A stretch of DNA of 11,246 nucleotides from an uncultured Candidatus Bathyarchaeia archaeon. Its GTDB lineage: Archaea; Thermoproteota; Bathyarchaeia; Bathyarchaeales; Bathycorpusculaceae. The notes beneath the pieces are model-generated. The model ran no database searches, was not told where the DNA came from, and worked only from the letters and a program-made list of their open reading frames with translations. The translations under genes and the position numbers were made by a program. Below are positions 7,729 to 11,246 of this stretch, piece by piece (the first letter of the stretch is position 1; every line of letters begins with the position of its first letter). The stretch is taken from contig CAYVGZ010000050.1 in the NCBI GenBank assembly GCA_964450845.1, positions 1 to 11,246 of the forward strand. The letters run 5' to 3'.

Positions 7729-7741
7729 GACGGTTTTCTCC

Positions 7742-8200
7742 TTACTTTATGGTTTCTATTGTAACGTAAGATTTTGTGTCTTGTATACCATCAATAGAAG
7801 ATAGTCTTCTTAACACTTCGTCAAGTTTTTCTCTGCTAACTATCAAGACGGCGTCAACGTCGCCTGTTATTCTGAAGGCTCTCTGGACTGCGAGTTCTTT
7901 GACTTTTTCGTAAGCGTATGTTCTTTTAAGGGGTGATACCTTGATGAATACAAATGCGGGGGTAGAGGCTATTCCAAGAACATCTAATCCGTTCTCGGTT
8001 ACGTCTATGAAACCCCTTCCAGTGCGTATATAATTTAGATCTCTGAGTTTTCGTAGGTGAACATTTAATGCTTGTCTGCTTATGCCTAGTTGTTTTGCTA
8101 ACTCGTCTTGTTTTACACGGAGTGTGTAAGTGTTTGCGGATTTTCCTTTTTCATAAAGCATTCGTAGCAGTTGCATTGAACGTCTTGTAAGAGCCTCCAA
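7742..8200 (-). CDS. Transcriptional regulator, winged HTH plus Lrp/AsnC (RAM) ligand-binding domain
   Basis: QDELAKQLGISRQALNVHLRKL HTH with wing GRGFIDVT; C-terminal ITGDVDAVLIV...LSSIDGIQDTKSYV RAM-like motif; 13 nt upstream of sucC. Confidence 0.85.
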   Translation of the reverse strand: MEALTRRSMQLLRMLYEKGKSANTYTLRVKQDELAKQLGISRQALNVHLRKLRDLNYIRTGRGFIDVTENGLDVLGIASTPAFVFIKVSPLKRTYAYEKVKELAVQRAFRITGDVDAVLIVSREKLDEVLRRLSSIDGIQDTKSYVTIETIK

Positions 8201-8409
8201 AGGGTTTTCCTCTGTATTATTTTGTTAAGTTTGAGCTTTACAATAGTACGGATTATTTAAATGTTTAGCAAAATCAAAATGCAAAAGATACATCGCTGTT
8301 AGCTTCTAATTTTGTTAAATGGAATTTAAAACCGTAATGTATTTATTTATCGACAAAAATGGTTATGAAGCCATAGAAAAAGTGAAAACTAGGAGTGAGG
8401 CGGTACAAA

Positions 8410-8688
8410 ATGTCAGAAAGCAACGCAGTGTTGATCGGAAATAAGCCAGTAATGAACTATGTACTGGCTTGCATAACCCTCTTTCACGGCGGAGCAAAAG
8501 AAGTGAATGTTAAAGCAAGAGGAAGATCCATAAGCATAGCAGTTGACGTCGTTGAAGTTGTCAGACGCCGATTCTTACCGGATGTACAAATCAAAAAAGT
8601 TGGCATTGGGACTCAGCAGATGGCACCCAGAGAAGAGGGTGGCATGCCTACAAACGTTAGCACAATCGAGATAACGCTTGGAAGATAG
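8410..8688 (+). CDS. albA: DNA/RNA-binding protein Alba
   Basis: [34 protein letters not shown] signatures. ATG 8410 preferred over GTG 8395 because GGAGTGAGG is then a well-spaced SD. Confidence 0.96.
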   Translation: MSESNAVLIGNKPVMNYVLACITLFHGGAKEVNVKARGRSISIAVDVVEVVRRRFLPDVQIKKVGIGTQQMAPREEGGMPTNVSTIEITLGR

Positions 8689-8754
8689 AGTAGTTTCGCA
8701 TAAACTTTCAGAGCTCCGCCGCCCCTCCTTTATTTGTGGAGGGCGCCTTTATAG

Positions 8755-9264
8755 GTGAAAACGGTATTATGCAGTTTCTGTTTAAAGAGTGGGATGCTGT
8801 GCCAAAAGTGTTTGGGTAAACTTGAGTCTGGCGAAGTTAGCGAATTAGATTTGAAGATTGCCCGTTTGTTGTTGTCTTTGGAGGAAAAGTATCCTTCGCT
8901 TCAGAATGTGTATTTTCATGGGGCAGTTGACGCAGGCAAAACTTTGGCAATAGTTGTTGGGCTTGGGGATGTTCCTCGTCTTTTGGGTTTTGGTGGGAAA
9001 ATTGTTAAAGCTTTAGGTGAGGAAACTGGTAAAAGTGTTCGTGTTTTGGAATATGGGGTTGATGATAGAAAGTTTTTAGAGGATTTGTTTGCTCCTTTGG
9101 GTATATTGGCGATTAACACGATTTGGCTGCCCGATGGAACTACTGAGACTAGAGTTATTTTAAGAAAAAGGCGCGGTTCTCAGCCGCCTTTTGATGTAAA
9201 GGCTTTAAAGGAGATTGCTCGTAAAGTTCGCAATATGACTTTGCGTGTGGAGTTCACGGACTAG
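8755..9264 (+). CDS. nusA2: Archaeal NusA paralogue with N-terminal zinc finger (NusA2-type, KH domains)
   Basis: N-terminal CxxC..SG.LCxxC, KH GxxG loop (LLGFGGKIVK), ..VRVLE and C-terminal KH-like segment; lies directly upstream of aspS as in Crenarchaeota. Confidence 0.8.
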   Translation: MKTVLCSFCLKSGMLCQKCLGKLESGEVSELDLKIARLLLSLEEKYPSLQNVYFHGAVDAGKTLAIVVGLGDVPRLLGFGGKIVKALGEETGKSVRVLEYGVDDRKFLEDLFAPLGILAINTIWLPDGTTETRVILRKRRGSQPPFDVKALKEIARKVRNMTLRVEFTD

Positions 9265-9279
9265 GTTGAGTGTGAATCT

Positions 9280-10599
9280 ATGAGGTTAGATTTTATTGGT
9301 GATTGGTGTAGGACGCATTATTCTGCTGGCGTAAAGCCTGAAATGGATGGCGAAGAGGTTACTCTTTTTGGCTGGGTTCAAGAGATTAGGGATTTGGGTG
9401 CAATCCGATTTCTAATATTGCAGGATAGAGAGGGCACAATTCAAGTTACGATTTTGCGTAAAAAGGTGGACAGCGAAGTTTTGTCGAAGTCTGATGTTTT
9501 GCTGAAGAGGTACAGCATAGGCGTTAAGGGGGTTGTGAAAAAGACTGATATGACTCCGAGAGGTGTCGAAGTGATACCGAAAGAAATCAAGGTTTTGGCT
9601 ACTGCTTCGCCTCAGTTGCCCATTGACATATCGGGAAAAACGCCTGCGAATCTGGAGGTTCGATTGGACGCGCGGGCTTTGGACCTTTCCCAAGAAAAAA
9701 ACATAGCAGTTTTCAAGATTCAACACACAGCCTTGGAGGCAATACGAGATTTTCTTTTTGAAAAGGGCTTCATCGAAGTGTATACTCCTCGTATAATTGC
9801 TTCAGCAACTGAAGGTGGCGCTGCACTCTTTTCTTTCGATTATTTTAAGAGGAAGGCGTTTCTTGCGCAGAGTCCGCAATTGTATAAGGAACAGCTTGTG
9901 ATGGGTCTTGAAAAGGTTTTTGAAGTGGGTCCTTTTTTCCGTGCTGAAGAGTCACATACGCGTATTCACTCGAGCGAATTTGTTTCTGTAGATATTGAGC
10001 AGGCATTTGCAGACGCTGAAGATGTGATGCAGTTGCTTGAACGGTTGATGCAATATGTTTGCAAAACTGTAGTTGGCAAATGTCGAAAAGAACTGTCAAC
10101 GCTGAAACATAGAATAAAAGTGCCAGAGGTTCCCTTTAAACGCTTAACCTATGACGAAGTTCTGCGCAACTTAAAACGTGAGGGCATCGAGATTCCTTGG
10201 GGGGAGGACATACCAACAACAGCCCTCAGAACCTTAGGTAAGATTTACCCATACTTCTACTTCATAACTGACTGGCCAACCCATTCCAAAGCCTTCTACA
10301 TTAAACCGCGAGACGATAATCCAAAGGTGTGTGAGGGCTTCGATTTGATGTGGTCTTGGATAGAACTGGTTTCAGGTGGCACGAGAATAGCTTCGAAAGA
10401 GCTTTTGGTTAAGCGGTTGAAAGAGAAGGGGCTGAGTCCAGAGTCTTTTAAGCATCATTTGCAGGCTTTTGATTATGGAATGCCTCCTCATGCTGGTTGG
10501 GCTATTGGCTTGGGAAGGTTGACGATGATGTTGACTGGGAAGAAGAACATACGCGAGGTTACACTTTATCCACGAGACAAATTCAGACTCACACCATGA
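9280..10599 (+). CDS. aspS: Aspartyl-tRNA synthetase, archaeal type (specificity uncertain, divergent motifs)
   Basis: OB anticodon domain GWV.EIRDLG..F, TEGG, LAQSPQLYKE, FRAEE, E..SGG.R, YGMPPH.G, PRD. Confidence 0.92.
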   Translation: MRLDFIGDWCRTHYSAGVKPEMDGEEVTLFGWVQEIRDLGAIRFLILQDREGTIQVTILRKKVDSEVLSKSDVLLKRYSIGVKGVVKKTDMTPRGVEVIPKEIKVLATASPQLPIDISGKTPANLEVRLDARALDLSQEKNIAVFKIQHTALEAIRDFLFEKGFIEVYTPRIIASATEGGAALFSFDYFKRKAFLAQSPQLYKEQLVMGLEKVFEVGPFFRAEESHTRIHSSEFVSVDIEQAFADAEDVMQLLERLMQYVCKTVVGKCRKELSTLKHRIKVPEVPFKRLTYDEVLRNLKREGIEIPWGEDIPTTALRTLGKIYPYFYFITDWPTHSKAFYIKPRDDNPKVCEGFDLMWSWIELVSGGTRIASKELLVKRLKEKGLSPESFKHHLQAFDYGMPPHAGWAIGLGRLTMMLTGKKNIREVTLYPRDKFRLTP

Positions 10600-10800
10600 G
10601 CGTCTTTGAAATTTTAGCAAGCCAATAAGGCTATGCTTCTGTAGTTTTTCAGTTTTGTTAGCTTTTGCTCTCTGCGGAGCCTAGAACCCCCTTATATATA
10701 GATTGAACTTTGGGTTCCTAGTGAAACTTCTATTGTTATTTTATAGAAGTATTTTACAGAATGAATAAAGCGTACGGTTCACATTTACTTTTTGGAGGAG

Positions 10801-11246
10801 ATGAGGGAAATGAGGAAAAGGTATGCGTTATTGTCCCTTGTAGCAGCTACGCTGATTATTATGGTTGGCTTTTTAGCCGTAGGCTCAAACCCGAATCAAT
10901 CTTTGACTTGTTTTGCGTGCGGCGGCAGCGGCGTTGTTGATAAAACTTCATGCGAGGCTTTCACTGTGAAAATTACATTCAAAAACACTGGAAAAACCGA
11001 GGGCACATGGTCCGTTAACATAGCCTTCGAAGGCGAAAAATGGATTTGGACTGGAACACCACAAACATTAACCCTTAAACCATGCAAAACGAAAACTTTA
11101 ACATGGAATGGCACCGTGCCATGCGACGCTTCAACAGATTCTGTAGCAAGGCTAATTGTCTACTACGATGATTCATTTGTGCCGCTAGACTGGTGGATTC
11201 ACGTGATTCCAAGCGCAGAGCTAGCAATAACATCAAGCACAGTGGA
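10801..11246 (+). CDS. Secreted or membrane-anchored protein with Ig-like (CARDB/NEW3-like) beta-sandwich, runs off the window end
   Basis: Open frame MREMRKRYALLSLVAATLIIMVGFLAVGSNPNQSLTCFACGGSG...TVKITFKNTG..W.V......W.W...TLTL.P..T.TLTW...VP; basic plus hydrophobic leader, GGAGG SD, sequons NQS and NGT. Absent from the ORF track. Confidence 0.8.
   Translation, partial: MREMRKRYALLSLVAATLIIMVGFLAVGSNPNQSLTCFACGGSGVVDKTSCEAFTVKITFKNTGKTEGTWSVNIAFEGEKWIWTGTPQTLTLKPCKTKTLTWNGTVPCDASTDSVARLIVYYDDSFVPLDWWIHVIPSAELAITSSTV

Noticed and set aside
5684-11114. Other short track ORFs overlapping sucCD, nusA2, aspS and the last gene
   Set aside because: Antisense or out-of-frame shadows with no independent support.

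Overview
Archaeal core-genome window, most likely TACK/Bathyarchaeia (inferred from gene content and protein style; not database-checked). Left to right it holds a partial PAC2-family proteasome chaperone (-), an intron-containing initiator tRNA-Met, an orphan ORF, rpl7ae-rps28e-rpl24e (-), gar1-tfb (+), a divergent pair of coiled-coil genes, a helical hypothetical protein, a DUF116 protein, rpl40e (missed by the ORF track), a wHTH-Lrp/AsnC regulator with sucC-sucD (-), alba-nusA2-aspS (+), and a partial membrane-anchored Ig-like protein. The best candidate for a new system is the head-to-head pair at 3303-4163. One gene encodes a Cren7-like zinc ribbon fused to a long leucine zipper. The other carries a clearly homologous zipper (26 of 53 aligned columns identical, hand count) but lacks the complete DNA-binding head and ends in an acidic tail. 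Also notable are an exact 22-bp duplicated promoter-like repeat upstream of rpl7ae, an AspRS with several substitutions at normally conserved motif positions, and a patchwork G/C strand skew that flips within a gene. No mobile element or CRISPR array was seen.
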